DNA of 53,777 bases from a virus (lineage: Duplodnaviria; Caudoviricetes): IMG/VR virus record IMGVR_UViG_3300036851_000252, positions 1-53,777 of that record; one strand, 5' to 3'. Shown piece by piece: positions 9,889-19,516 of this stretch. The translations under genes were made by a program, and so were the position numbers. Numbering within the stretch: the stretch's first letter is position 1; each line of letters begins with the position of its first letter. Below the pieces are notes generated by a model that saw only the letters and a program-made list of their open reading frames with translations, was not told the DNA's origin and did not search any database.

Positions 9889-10965
9889 ATGAAGTTTAGA
9901 CACAACGATTACTCAAAGCACATGCCTCACTTGGATTTCAAGTATGACGGGGAATACTATCCTGAAGACGGTGCACTTCCAGATCCACAGATTGATCCAT
10001 TCATTCCTGGATCTAGAGTTGCTTTGAATAAGGTTGGTGTCTCAGGCGTTGATCTTCCAGTTCAGTTGAAGCGTCGTGACGGTGAAATTCAAACATTGCA
10101 CGCTCGCGTATCACTGTACGGTTCACTTGATAATCCAGAAGCAAAGGGATTGAACCTTAGTCGCTTCCCAATCCTGATGACAGAGACAATTGCAAATCAT
10201 TTGTCAATTGAGGGATTGAAGGATGTGTTGGTAGGATTGCGTGAGAAGCAGGGGTCTAACGATGTTTATTGCAAACTGGCGTTTAAGTATCCTTGGACAC
10301 AAGAAGCACTTCGCACACGCAAAGAGCTTCCAACTGATGCAGATCCAAAAGACATCTTTAAGACTGTAGAAGGTGTCAACTTGAGCCACGACAAGATGGT
10401 CGGACACATTTTCTACGATTGTATTCTTGAAGGTCAATTACATAAAGTACCAAAAACCTTCCGCAAGGTTGTACAATCAGATCAGGCTTCATATCAAACA
10501 CCTGTTACAGTAGAAGTAGATGAATTCAGATTCTTCTTGACAGTCAATTATGTTTACAGTAGCACTTGCCCATGCAGTTTTGAGCTCGCTCAAGACGCAA
10601 CACAGAAGCGTGGTGTGGCGGCAAATGGACACTCACAGCGCAGCATCGCCAAGCTGACTGTCCAGTTTGATCCCGATAAAGAGATTGTATGGATTGAGGA
10701 CGTTGTTGAAATGGCTCGTCGCCAAGTTCCAACAGAAGTTGTTATTATCTGCAAGCGTAGAGATGAACAGGCTTTTGCTGAATTGAACGGCAGCAACCTA
10801 CTTTTTACGGAAGATGCTGCTCGTCTTCTTTATCAGGGCTTTGACGAGTGGTTTAAAGCTGGGAAAATCTCAGATTTCTCAATCGTGACTGACCACATTG
10901 AATCATTACACCCATGGAATGCTACGGCGGTAGTTTCAAAAGGTGTTGCAGGTGGGTTGAGATAA
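9889..10965 (+). CDS. folE2: GTP cyclohydrolase IB (FolE2)
   Basis: KVGVSGV, KGLNLSRF, STCPCS, HSQRS, FTEDAAR, ESLHPWNA. Confidence 0.92.
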   Translation: MKFRHNDYSKHMPHLDFKYDGEYYPEDGALPDPQIDPFIPGSRVALNKVGVSGVDLPVQLKRRDGEIQTLHARVSLYGSLDNPEAKGLNLSRFPILMTETIANHLSIEGLKDVLVGLREKQGSNDVYCKLAFKYPWTQEALRTRKELPTDADPKDIFKTVEGVNLSHDKMVGHIFYDCILEGQLHKVPKTFRKVVQSDQASYQTPVTVEVDEFRFFLTVNYVYSSTCPCSFELAQDATQKRGVAANGHSQRSIAKLTVQFDPDKEIVWIEDVVEMARRQVPTEVVIICKRRDEQAFAELNGSNLLFTEDAARLLYQGFDEWFKAGKISDFSIVTDHIESLHPWNATAVVSKGVAGGLR

Positions 10966-10985
10966 GCAGTATACTCGTTCCACAA

Positions 10986-11321
10986 ATGGGTAATTGGGCA
11001 ACACAACATATTGAAAGGCTACAGAAGGGCGAAACCGTAAAGTTTCGCCCTCTTGGCCATTCTATGAAGCCAGTAATTGAATCAGGTCAATTGGTAACTG
11101 TTGAACCAGTTAATCCCACTACGCTGAAAGAAGGCGACATTGTTCTTTGTCGTGTGCGTGGTAACTCATACCTCCATTTTATCAAACAGATCTTAACGAT
11201 CAAAGATCCAAAAACAGGTGATCCATACACAGATTTCCAGATTGGAAACAATCGTGGTGGTCTTAATGGTTGGATATCGTCTGATATGATTTATGGTAAG
11301 TGTACTAAGGTGGAAGCATGA
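10986..11321 (+). CDS. S24/S26 peptidase-like protein
   Basis: GHSMKPVIESG, GDIVL, LHFIK, GNNRG. Confidence 0.7.
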   Translation: MGNWATQHIERLQKGETVKFRPLGHSMKPVIESGQLVTVEPVNPTTLKEGDIVLCRVRGNSYLHFIKQILTIKDPKTGDPYTDFQIGNNRGGLNGWISSDMIYGKCTKVEA

Positions 11322-12241
11322 AAGATAAGTTACTAGGTGGGTTGTATGGATTGTTGATTGGTGACGCTGCAGGCGTTCCATATGAATTTAAATCACCTGA
11401 CAAAATTCCTTCGTATGCTCCCATGTTCGATCTTGGCGTTCCATTAGATTACCAACGTTCGTTTGCTGATGTACCGATTGGTACGTGGAGTGACGATGGT
11501 GCACAAGCACTATGCTTGTTAGAATCATTGCTTGAAGCTGGAAAATATGATTACAACTCGTTTCTACAGAAGCTGCTGTTGTGGAGATCTATTGGTTACC
11601 TGACACCAGATAATGTTGTATTCGACATCGGAAACCAGACAAATCGTTATTTGAACGCCCGCCAGTTCAACGCTCATCTTGGTGATGAACGCGAAAGTGA
11701 TCGATGTGGTAACGGTTCCCTAATGCGTTGCTTGCCAATTGCATTGTTCTTCAGTGACATCAAACAAGCTAGTAACGCAGCTTACGATCAGTCAGAAGTA
11801 ACACATCCACAATTTGTTGGTACAATCTCTTGTGTATTGTACACACATATTGCTCTGAATCTTTTGAATGGGTTGGAGAAAGAAGATTCTATTGCTAAGG
11901 CGATTCAGTCCACAATGCATGTTTGTGCTGAACCTGATATCGCCCGACATCTACAAACTGTACTGGATGGTGATTTTATAGAACCTATTGGTTCTGGATA
12001 TGTCGTAGACTCATTGTGGTCTGCCATATACGCCTTTTCAAGAGGTGAGTCATACGAACAAGTAATTGGCGAAGCTATTAGGCTTGGCAATGATACAGAT
12101 ACTACAGCATGCATTGCTGGTGGATTGGCTGGAATCTACTACGGATACTCTAAGATTCCACAGTCGTATATTGATGCACTGCGTGGCAAACAAATCGTTG
12201 AACCACTAGCAGTTGAACTGTTGAAGCACAGAGGAGTTTAA
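11318..12241 (+). CDS. ADP-ribosylglycohydrolase (DraG/ARH family)
   Basis: GDAAG, WSDDGAQ, GNGSLMR, GNDTDTTACIAG. Confidence 0.93.
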   Translation: MKDKLLGGLYGLLIGDAAGVPYEFKSPDKIPSYAPMFDLGVPLDYQRSFADVPIGTWSDDGAQALCLLESLLEAGKYDYNSFLQKLLLWRSIGYLTPDNVVFDIGNQTNRYLNARQFNAHLGDERESDRCGNGSLMRCLPIALFFSDIKQASNAAYDQSEVTHPQFVGTISCVLYTHIALNLLNGLEKEDSIAKAIQSTMHVCAEPDIARHLQTVLDGDFIEPIGSGYVVDSLWSAIYAFSRGESYEQVIGEAIRLGNDTDTTACIAGGLAGIYYGYSKIPQSYIDALRGKQIVEPLAVELLKHRGV

Positions 12242-12242
12242 G

Positions 12243-12473
12243 ATGGGACACTACTCAGATTCATATGAAGCAGATGCAGATCGTTTGAACAAACAACAGG
12301 CAGCAACCAACAAAGCTGTTTTAACACGCATCAAGAAACACACGTCTAATATCCGAAAGGACATGTTCAGAGAATGTGATATCAGTCAGAGTGATGACCA
12401 AGAGAAGTTCTTCATCTACGCTGAAAAGAGTCTGACAGAATTCGAGTTCTGGATCGAGAAGGCACTCAAATAG
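12243..12473 (+). CDS. Hypothetical protein
   Basis: GAGGAG RBS. Confidence 0.65.
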   Translation: MGHYSDSYEADADRLNKQQAATNKAVLTRIKKHTSNIRKDMFRECDISQSDDQEKFFIYAEKSLTEFEFWIEKALK

Positions 12474-12482
12474 TAACCAACG

Positions 12483-12511
12483 TTGACATTTACCCTATAA
12501 AAGGGTAACAT
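12483..12511 (+). promoter_or_regulatory. Sigma70-like early promoter for RNA ligase, with a spacer palindrome
   Basis: TTGACA...TAACAT; TTACCCT-ataaa-AGGGTAA inverted repeat. Confidence 0.55.
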
Positions 12512-12537
12512 TTAAGCACAATATCAATAGGTGTTTT

Positions 12538-13731
12538 ATGTCTCCCTTTGCGCACAAACTTTTCAACGAACTCTCGGCTCTTGTTGCATCTGAAAACGAT
12601 GCATTCTACAAGCGCGACTACGAACGTGATGGTCGTCACTATCGCGTATTTGCGTACCGTCTAGCTTCGTACACTGAATTCTTGTTGCCATCAGCAATCG
12701 AATGTCGTGGTACGATGTTCGAGATCACCGATCCTGCTTATGAACCAGTCGGAATGAAGCGTCTGGTCTCTCTTCCAATGGAGAAGTTCTGGAATCTTCA
12801 CGAGAATCCAGCAACGATGAACTTGGATCTATCAACGATCATTTCTGTTGAAACGAAAGCTGACGGTTCGTTGATTTCAACGTACTTGCATATCAATTCG
12901 ATCAATGGCAACAACGACGCACCTCTTGGTGTGAAGTCGAAGACTTCGATCGATTCGGATCAGGTGCATGCTGTTTATGCATTCTTGAAGCTTCCAGAGA
13001 ACGCCAAGTTTGCTCAGGAACTTCATCGTCTTGCAGAGCGTAACTACACGGTGAACATGGAGTGGTGTGCTCCTGAGAATCGTATCGTTCTTGCATATCA
13101 GGAATCTTCGTTGACGGTGCTCAATATTCGTGACAATCTCACGGGTTTGTACATTCCGAAGCAAAGTGAAGAGCTGTTAGAATTCAACGAAGTCAAAAAT
13201 CGTTGGATCGAGTCCATTCCTTTTGAAAATCCTGTGCAGTTCATCAAGTCGATCAATCAAATGACTGATGTGGAAGGCTTTGTGGCGCTTCTGTCATCTG
13301 GTCAGCGTGTGAAGATCAAGACGGACTGGTACGCAGCTCTTCACAAGACGAAGGATTCTGTGAATTCAGATCGTCGTCTATACGAAGTGGTGCTTGCTGA
13401 GGGTGCGGATGATCTTCGTGCAATGTTCTTCAACGATCCATGGGTGCTCAATCGCATCACTTGGATGCAGGAGTACGTTGCCGAGAAGTACAACGCACTG
13501 TCCAAGCAGGTGGAGACGTTCTACGATGCAAACAAGGGCCTTGCTCGCAAGGACTTTGCAATTCTCGGTCAGAAGCTGCTCGACCGTCATGCATTCAAGC
13601 TTTGCATGGAGCGATATGTTGGCCGTGAAGTGTCTGTCAAAGATTACATGGCAGCAAAATGGAAAGAGTTCGGGATCAAGGATGATCCCGAGCCATCCAC
13701 CGACGATGTGCAGGTGGCTGTTAACGAGTGA
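12538..13731 (+). CDS. rnlA: T4 Rnl1-like RNA ligase 1
   Basis: ECRG, EKFWN, KADGSLI (motif I), NRIV, EGFV, KIKTDWY. Confidence 0.92.
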   Translation: MSPFAHKLFNELSALVASENDAFYKRDYERDGRHYRVFAYRLASYTEFLLPSAIECRGTMFEITDPAYEPVGMKRLVSLPMEKFWNLHENPATMNLDLSTIISVETKADGSLISTYLHINSINGNNDAPLGVKSKTSIDSDQVHAVYAFLKLPENAKFAQELHRLAERNYTVNMEWCAPENRIVLAYQESSLTVLNIRDNLTGLYIPKQSEELLEFNEVKNRWIESIPFENPVQFIKSINQMTDVEGFVALLSSGQRVKIKTDWYAALHKTKDSVNSDRRLYEVVLAEGADDLRAMFFNDPWVLNRITWMQEYVAEKYNALSKQVETFYDANKGLARKDFAILGQKLLDRHAFKLCMERYVGREVSVKDYMAAKWKEFGIKDDPEPSTDDVQVAVNE

Positions 13732-13737
13732 GGATGT

Positions 13738-14148
13738 ATGGATTTTAAGAGATTGACCATGATAAGTATAATTGTAGTTGGAGCGACGTTGTTAACGTAC
13801 AATGCACTGGATGCAGTTGTACCAACACCCAAGCCAAAAACAGCCGCACAAATTTGGATCGATGAAGCAACGATAGCGATCGATTCCATGCGACGATGTG
13901 TGTTCGAAGTCAACATAGACATCATGATGGCCGACGGTAGAGCTTGCCATCTCGCATACAAACAGTTTGATTATCTGGCAAAACGTAGTGAAGAGGTGTC
14001 ACTACAAGCCACAGCTGAAGAATACAAGATCATGCTTGGTCAAATCCAAACGTTAACAGGTGGTATGGTGGCAATTAACACCATTCTCGATATCGAGAAT
14101 GATCTGAAGAGATTGGATGAGAAGGAATTTCCTGGAGAAGTGAAATGA
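13738..14148 (+). CDS. Hypothetical protein with N-terminal membrane anchor
   Basis: Hydrophobic N-terminus; GAGGA RBS. Confidence 0.7.
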   Translation: MDFKRLTMISIIVVGATLLTYNALDAVVPTPKPKTAAQIWIDEATIAIDSMRRCVFEVNIDIMMADGRACHLAYKQFDYLAKRSEEVSLQATAEEYKIMLGQIQTLTGGMVAINTILDIENDLKRLDEKEFPGEVK

Positions 14149-14543
14149 CCAAATTCATTACCCGTGAGGAGCTGCTGAAACTCGATATTGACTATCTCAA
14201 TGAGGTTTTTGCTGTTGAAGATCACGATCATCCAATTATTGTAACGCCAAGTGATCGTGGAAGATCGTATCGATGGCAGTCAGATCCGTTGATTGACGAA
14301 ATGTTCAATCGTGGTATGATTGATCTGAACACCATCATGTCAGGCCAGTCAAACGCAGCTGTTGGTATTCATCCCAAAGTGAAACCAACTCGCATCATCA
14401 AGAATGATCCTCTCATTCGAGAGCTGTATCGTCGTCTTGGTTACAGTTTGTTCGGCTATTGGGAAGTGTTTTACTGGGAAGTAAACAACGACAATGCTGA
14501 CAAGTATGTCGATCAGAAACCAATCTATCAATATCCAAAGTAA
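14145..14543 (+). CDS. Hypothetical protein
   Basis: ATGA coupling; YRRLGYSLFGYWEVF. Confidence 0.75.
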   Translation: MTKFITREELLKLDIDYLNEVFAVEDHDHPIIVTPSDRGRSYRWQSDPLIDEMFNRGMIDLNTIMSGQSNAAVGIHPKVKPTRIIKNDPLIRELYRRLGYSLFGYWEVFYWEVNNDNADKYVDQKPIYQYPK

Positions 14544-14559
14544 TAGTTCGAGGTGATTT

Positions 14560-15033
14560 GTGAAGTATTTGATTGCAATTTGTCTTCTTGCTCTGTCGTC
14601 TGTCAGTCAAGCTGATGATCGTGATTACTATGTGGACATGAACATCGCTTCCCGTCATTTCTGTGGTTGTCCAGATGTGAACAACGAACGCAATTTTGGA
14701 GCTGGTCTCACAGTTGACTTCAAGAACAACTGGGAAGTCAAAACTGGCTTCTACAAGAATAGTTACAGCAAACAGTCTGCGTATGTTCTAGCCAATCGCT
14801 ACTGGGAATCGGATCTGCTCAGTGGTGATTGGAACTTAAGAGCTGGAGTTGCTGCCGGTTTGGTATACGGCTACAAAGACACGGGTGGATATTCAGAATC
14901 TATTTCATTCATGGAACATAAAATCCAACCTGCTATTTTGCCAAATATAACACTTGGATACAAAAATGCCCGAATCATGTTGGGTTTTGTAGGAATTGCG
15001 TGTACCCTACAGGCCGAATATAGATTTGACTGA
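14560..15033 (+). CDS. Small outer-membrane beta-barrel, PagP-like
   Basis: Signal peptide, NERNFGAG and FYKNSY motifs, C-terminal YRF. Confidence 0.65.
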   Translation: MKYLIAICLLALSSVSQADDRDYYVDMNIASRHFCGCPDVNNERNFGAGLTVDFKNNWEVKTGFYKNSYSKQSAYVLANRYWESDLLSGDWNLRAGVAAGLVYGYKDTGGYSESISFMEHKIQPAILPNITLGYKNARIMLGFVGIACTLQAEYRFD

Positions 15034-15041
15034 GGACTGAA

Positions 15042-16109
15042 ATGACCACACTCTATCTGCTTTTGTTGTTTCCACTAATTTGGCCTTTCATCGGGAAGGC
15101 CATTTGGAAGCATGACATTTCTCTCCCAGAAATGGGAATCAACATTGTGGTAGTTGCTCTACTGACGTGGGGTATGTTTGCAATTGGTCAGTATTCCATG
15201 ACATCAGATACAGAGATCCTGAATGGTCAGATCACGTTGAAGAATCGTGACCATGGTTCGTACACTAGAACTTACGATTGTCATTGTCGGACTGATTCCA
15301 AAGGTAATCGCAAATGCCAGACATGCAGAGAAAAGCATTACACCGTAAAGTGGTACCTCAATAGTACTGTTGGCACTATTTCGATTGACAGTGCTGATAG
15401 CACGTCACGAAGTGTGTATGACAGACCAAATCCACGTCGCTATGAGATCGCGTTCATTGGCGAACCATGCTCTTTGGAGCACGGATACACGAACTATGTT
15501 CAGGCAGTTCCTGAGAGTTTGTTTCGTACAATCAAAAGTGCCTCGTATGACAAGTACGTTCCAAAGTACCCACGGGTATTTGACTTCTATCGCGTCAATC
15601 GTGTTGTGAATATTAGCTCTGGGCTACCAGCCAACACGATTAAAGATCTGCAAGATGGTGCTTCGGGCATGCTCCGCACACTTGGTGCACAGAAGCAGGT
15701 CAATATCATCTTTGTGGTGACAAACATTGAAGATCCAGCTCTCCGATATGCTTTCGAAGGCAGTTGGCTTGGTGGCAAGAAGAACGATGTTGTGATCTTC
15801 TTAGGTGTCAAAGGTACCAAGATTGTATGGGCTGACACAATGACATTCGCTTTGAACAAAGGCAATGAGCTATTCCAAGTGAAGATGCGTGATGGTTTGC
15901 AGGACATCGGCACAGTTGATCCTGTGAAGATCCTGAACTTCACTCAGGACACTATCAGATCCGATTTCAAGCGTGTTTCAATGAGTGAGTTCAAATATCT
16001 CGAAGATGAAATCAGTCCACCAACGTGGGCAATCATTCTGATGGTTCTGATTTCAATCCTCGCGAGTGTTGGATTGTCCATTTGGTTTGCACGTGAAGAA
16101 GTGTGTTGA
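15042..16109 (+). CDS. Membrane protein with Cys-rich periplasmic domain
   Basis: Two N-terminal and one C-terminal TM segments; CHC...CQTC. Confidence 0.75.
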   Translation: MTTLYLLLLFPLIWPFIGKAIWKHDISLPEMGINIVVVALLTWGMFAIGQYSMTSDTEILNGQITLKNRDHGSYTRTYDCHCRTDSKGNRKCQTCREKHYTVKWYLNSTVGTISIDSADSTSRSVYDRPNPRRYEIAFIGEPCSLEHGYTNYVQAVPESLFRTIKSASYDKYVPKYPRVFDFYRVNRVVNISSGLPANTIKDLQDGASGMLRTLGAQKQVNIIFVVTNIEDPALRYAFEGSWLGGKKNDVVIFLGVKGTKIVWADTMTFALNKGNELFQVKMRDGLQDIGTVDPVKILNFTQDTIRSDFKRVSMSEFKYLEDEISPPTWAIILMVLISILASVGLSIWFAREEVC

Positions 16110-16164
16110 CATTTGGCTCAAGTTTTTGTACCCTATTCGTCCTCTTAATTAACAGGTGGAGTCT

Positions 16165-16722
16165 ATGAAGAATCAGAAAGGTTTTGCAGGTTGGGCTGTT
16201 CTTGGCATCGTTGCTGTTCTTGCTGTTGTTGGTATCGCCAACTACATCACTTATCGCAACAGTGGCGTCCGTATGGAGAACGACATCAAAGCTCGTTGGG
16301 AGAACAACGAGAACATTCTTGGTCAGTATTCACTCAAAGTGAAGGAAGCTGTTGGTGTCACGAAGCTCATGGCAACCGATCTCAAGGAAGTCATGCGCGG
16401 TGCTCTCGAAGGTCGCTATGGCGAAGACGGCAGCCAGGCTGTATTCCAGTTCATCAAGGAAGCGTATCCTGGTCAGGTTGACCCTGTCCTGTATCGTCAG
16501 GTTCAGCAGATCGTAGTTGCTGGTCGAACTGAATTTCAGAATAACCAGACAGCACTGGTTGACGCAAAGCGCGTCTATCAGAACCAGCTGGATTACTTCT
16601 GGAGTGGACTGTGGCTCGGCTTCGCTGGCTATCCAAAGATTGATCTGAGTAAGTACAAGATCATCACTTCGGAACATGCTCAGGAATCGTTCAAAACTGG
16701 TGTAGACAAAGGCGTCCTGTAA
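16165..16722 (+). CDS. LemA-like membrane-anchored protein
   Basis: N-terminal TM then a helical domain; TTGACA promoter at 16106. Confidence 0.65.
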   Translation: MKNQKGFAGWAVLGIVAVLAVVGIANYITYRNSGVRMENDIKARWENNENILGQYSLKVKEAVGVTKLMATDLKEVMRGALEGRYGEDGSQAVFQFIKEAYPGQVDPVLYRQVQQIVVAGRTEFQNNQTALVDAKRVYQNQLDYFWSGLWLGFAGYPKIDLSKYKIITSEHAQESFKTGVDKGVL

Positions 16723-16747
16723 TATCTAGACCAGATTCTGTCGATTA

Positions 16748-16785
16748 GAAAGGGGAAGTCCAAAAGACTTCCCCTTTCCCTTTTC
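16748..16785 (+). terminator. Intrinsic terminator
   Basis: AAAGGGGAAGTC-caaaa-GACTTCCCCTTT followed by a pyrimidine tract. Confidence 0.75.
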
Positions 16786-16838
16786 CCACCATAAATAGAA
16801 CACTAAACCCAATATCATACGTAGGAGTTGGTGTTCTT

Positions 16839-18134
16839 ATGGATAAACTAAACAGAATTCGTCTTATGGCTGGTCTTTGCATTGACCCTAAATCACTGAT
16901 TGAATCACGTGATGGAATGGGAGATATCGAGATTCCAGTAAACATTGCCAAGTCAGCAGTTCCTGCCGGCGCAGTAGGTGCTCCAAATGTCGGACAGCTA
17001 GTTGCAGCAACAGTCGAAGTTGACGGCGAAGAGAAAGAGATCGCAGGCGATGACGAAGTATCAGGTGATCCTGAGTCAGACGAAGATTGCTGCACATATG
17101 AAGTTGGCCAAGCTGTAACACATAACGGTGAGCCAATGGTGGTTGCAGTAGCAAATGCAGATGGTGACCATGTTGGTATCGTGCCAGTTGGCAGCGAAGA
17201 CGACATTTCTGCAATTGTAATTGTAAGTGCAGATGAACTTGAAGCAGGTGATGCACCTGCCGGCGAAGGTGAGGCAGGCGGTGAAGACGAGATCGCATCT
17301 GCTGAAGCTGACGCTGCAAAAGTTTTGGACGATCTTGGCGGTGGTGTATCAGCAGAAGCTGGAGACATTGAAGCCGACGACGAACAGAATGGAATGAGCA
17401 ACATTCCAGAAAGTGAAAACGAAGATGCTCTTCGTAATCAGATGGACGAGATCCACAGAAACATGGAAGCAGCAGGCCGTGGTGTATATCGCATCAAGGG
17501 CAAGGCTTCAACAGGCGCAACACTTACAGAGTTGAAGAAACAAAAACTTGCAGTTGCTTCTAAGCTCGAAGCAATCAACGCTGGTAAGAAGAAAGTTGAC
17601 GAAAAGGTTAACTACTATTACGACACAGTCGATCAGGACGAAGATCTTGATGTTGTGAACAACGCAGCAGATGGTGAAGCAAACAAAAACACAGTCTGGA
17701 AAGAAGTCACAATGAAGAAGGACAAGAATGAAGTTGCAAACCAACTTGATCATCTTGGTGCGGCTTCAGACGGTGAGCAGGTTAAGAAAGTTCGTGTTCC
17801 AGCTGCCGTAAAGACAGCATTGAAGGATGCAATCAAGGAAGTCGAAGAGCAGTTCGTTCGCTTGGGTGCAACAGATATTGATTCGCGCTTCTTCTACAAG
17901 AGTCTTGCAACAGCACTTGCAACATTGCTTCAGCACATTGAGATTGGTACAGTTGAAGAGATCAAGAAGGCACAGATCTTCTTCTCAGCTTTGATGAGCC
18001 CAATCATGCACAAAGTTCCAGCTGTGGTATCCAACTTTATTATCAAAGGTGGTTCAACTCCTTCATTGAAGGATTTCATGAAGCCTGTTGATCTTAAGTA
18101 TCCTATCACGGGACCACGCAACAACTTGAAGTAA
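16839..18134 (+). CDS. Acidic hypothetical late (putative internal virion) protein
   Basis: TAAATA at 16792; LNRIRLMAGL motif; 431 aa. Confidence 0.75.
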   Translation: MDKLNRIRLMAGLCIDPKSLIESRDGMGDIEIPVNIAKSAVPAGAVGAPNVGQLVAATVEVDGEEKEIAGDDEVSGDPESDEDCCTYEVGQAVTHNGEPMVVAVANADGDHVGIVPVGSEDDISAIVIVSADELEAGDAPAGEGEAGGEDEIASAEADAAKVLDDLGGGVSAEAGDIEADDEQNGMSNIPESENEDALRNQMDEIHRNMEAAGRGVYRIKGKASTGATLTELKKQKLAVASKLEAINAGKKKVDEKVNYYYDTVDQDEDLDVVNNAADGEANKNTVWKEVTMKKDKNEVANQLDHLGAASDGEQVKKVRVPAAVKTALKDAIKEVEEQFVRLGATDIDSRFFYKSLATALATLLQHIEIGTVEEIKKAQIFFSALMSPIMHKVPAVVSNFIIKGGSTPSLKDFMKPVDLKYPITGPRNNLK

Positions 18135-18144
18135 GGAAGTTATC

Positions 18145-18852
18145 ATGGCATTATCAGATAAAGTAGTTCTAGGTGTAAATTCATCAGGCGAAGATGGTAG
18201 TGTGGTAGTCGGCAATGCAGCGTTGGCTAGTGGCGACTACGGTGTTTCTGTAGGCAACAATGTCAATGCTCAAAACATCAATACTGTTGCTATCGGTCGA
18301 AATACAGGGGCAACAGGACCTAACTCTGTTGCACTTGGTGTCACATGCAATGGAACAGATACTGGCGAACTTGCTTATAACAATGGAACATTTACTTCTG
18401 GTTCATATGCAGGTCGTATTAGTTGGAATAAAATTTGGACACAGACGACAGATGATACACCAACTCTAATTGGTCTATCTAACAGTGATAGTCCTGTTAC
18501 AAACAATCCATCCGATACGTTCCACATTTTGGCGAGACACAATACGATTGCTTATGATATTGATGTATTGGCACGCTGTAATGAAGTTGTTGGATCTCCT
18601 TCAATACCATCTATAAATTGTTTTTGGAATCTTAAATTTGTGGTTGCTGTTGATGAAGAATGGAATGTTGTACGCTTGGTCGGCTCTGTTGTTAAAACAG
18701 TAATTGCAGCAGACGTTGACGCATCAACTTGGAATCTGGATGTTGATTTATCCGACTTGTATGCGATTAAGGTTATAGCGTACGGCGAAACCGATAAAAC
18801 CATTCGCTGGGTTGGTAATGTAAAAACAACTCGTTGTGGTTTTGATTTCTAA
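18145..18852 (+). CDS. Structural protein with YadA-head-like repeats
   Basis: SVVVG/GVSVG/TVAIG/SVALG repeats at a 14-aa period. Confidence 0.65.
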   Translation: MALSDKVVLGVNSSGEDGSVVVGNAALASGDYGVSVGNNVNAQNINTVAIGRNTGATGPNSVALGVTCNGTDTGELAYNNGTFTSGSYAGRISWNKIWTQTTDDTPTLIGLSNSDSPVTNNPSDTFHILARHNTIAYDIDVLARCNEVVGSPSIPSINCFWNLKFVVAVDEEWNVVRLVGSVVKTVIAADVDASTWNLDVDLSDLYAIKVIAYGETDKTIRWVGNVKTTRCGFDF

Positions 18853-18854
18853 CA

Positions 18855-19181
18855 ATGAAAGTATCTGACGTCATTCTTCTAACAGAGGCAGCTAAGAAAC
18901 CAAAAGCACGGAAGCCTCCAAAGCCACCAAAACCACGTCCTAGAAAGACGCTTTGGTTTCAGCACTCAGGCTTGTGGAAGTCAGATCTTGATAGACACTG
19001 CATGGGGCATGAGCTTCACCAGGAAGAAGAGGAAGAAACCGTATATTCTGTCGACAAAGACAGAAAGCATGCGTACGGTGCTTGGTATCCAAAGAAGAAG
19101 CGTGGTGTAACATTCGCAGCACCTCGACCATATCACTCACTTGTTCATCCAAGATTCAAATTGAAGAAATTTGGCGAATAA
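18855..19181 (+). CDS. Hypothetical basic protein
   Basis: N-terminus MKVSDVILLTEA. Confidence 0.7.
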   Translation: MKVSDVILLTEAAKKPKARKPPKPPKPRPRKTLWFQHSGLWKSDLDRHCMGHELHQEEEEETVYSVDKDRKHAYGAWYPKKKRGVTFAAPRPYHSLVHPRFKLKKFGE

Positions 19182-19316
19182 GGGATAACTTGTTGATTAG
19201 GCAGGTTGAAACCACAGGATCAATCGGTCCTATAAATAAGCGTTGTCAAACAGTGAATTGCTCTATATGATCCATCCACTGTCAATTACTTTTTAACTGA
19301 AAGGATTTAGATTCAA

Positions 19317-19448
19317 ATGTTCGCGATATCACATCAATCATGGTTACCTCAGCCGGGCTCATGCCTCGGAGGGTTAGGTGCCGTATCGATGTTTGAACGT
19401 GATCGCAGCTATAGAACCCAAAGCCTTTCAGGAGGTACCACTTTTTAA
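19317..19448 (+). CDS. Putative 43-aa attenuator leader peptide
   Basis: AAGGA upstream; MFAISHQSWLPQPGSCLGGLGAVSMFERDRSYRTQSLSGGTTF*; its 3' end contains one antiterminator arm. Confidence 0.6.
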   Translation: MFAISHQSWLPQPGSCLGGLGAVSMFERDRSYRTQSLSGGTTF

Positions 19449-19516
19449 GGTACCAGATCTCAAAAAGAGATAAATTCTGAAAGGCTCATCCGAAAGGACT
19501 GAGCCTTTTTCGTTTT
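19422..19516 (+). promoter_or_regulatory. Antiterminator/terminator switch (attenuator) ahead of the tRNA array
   Basis: AGCCTTTCAG (19422-31) pairs with CTGAAAGGCT (19477-86), which overlaps the terminator AAAGGCTCA-tccgaaaggac-TGAGCCTTT plus U-tract. Confidence 0.7.

Noticed and set aside
16745-17404. Long minus-strand ORFs opposite genes (also 2921-3280 and 35688-36152)
   Set aside because: Antisense shadows of well-supported + strand genes.
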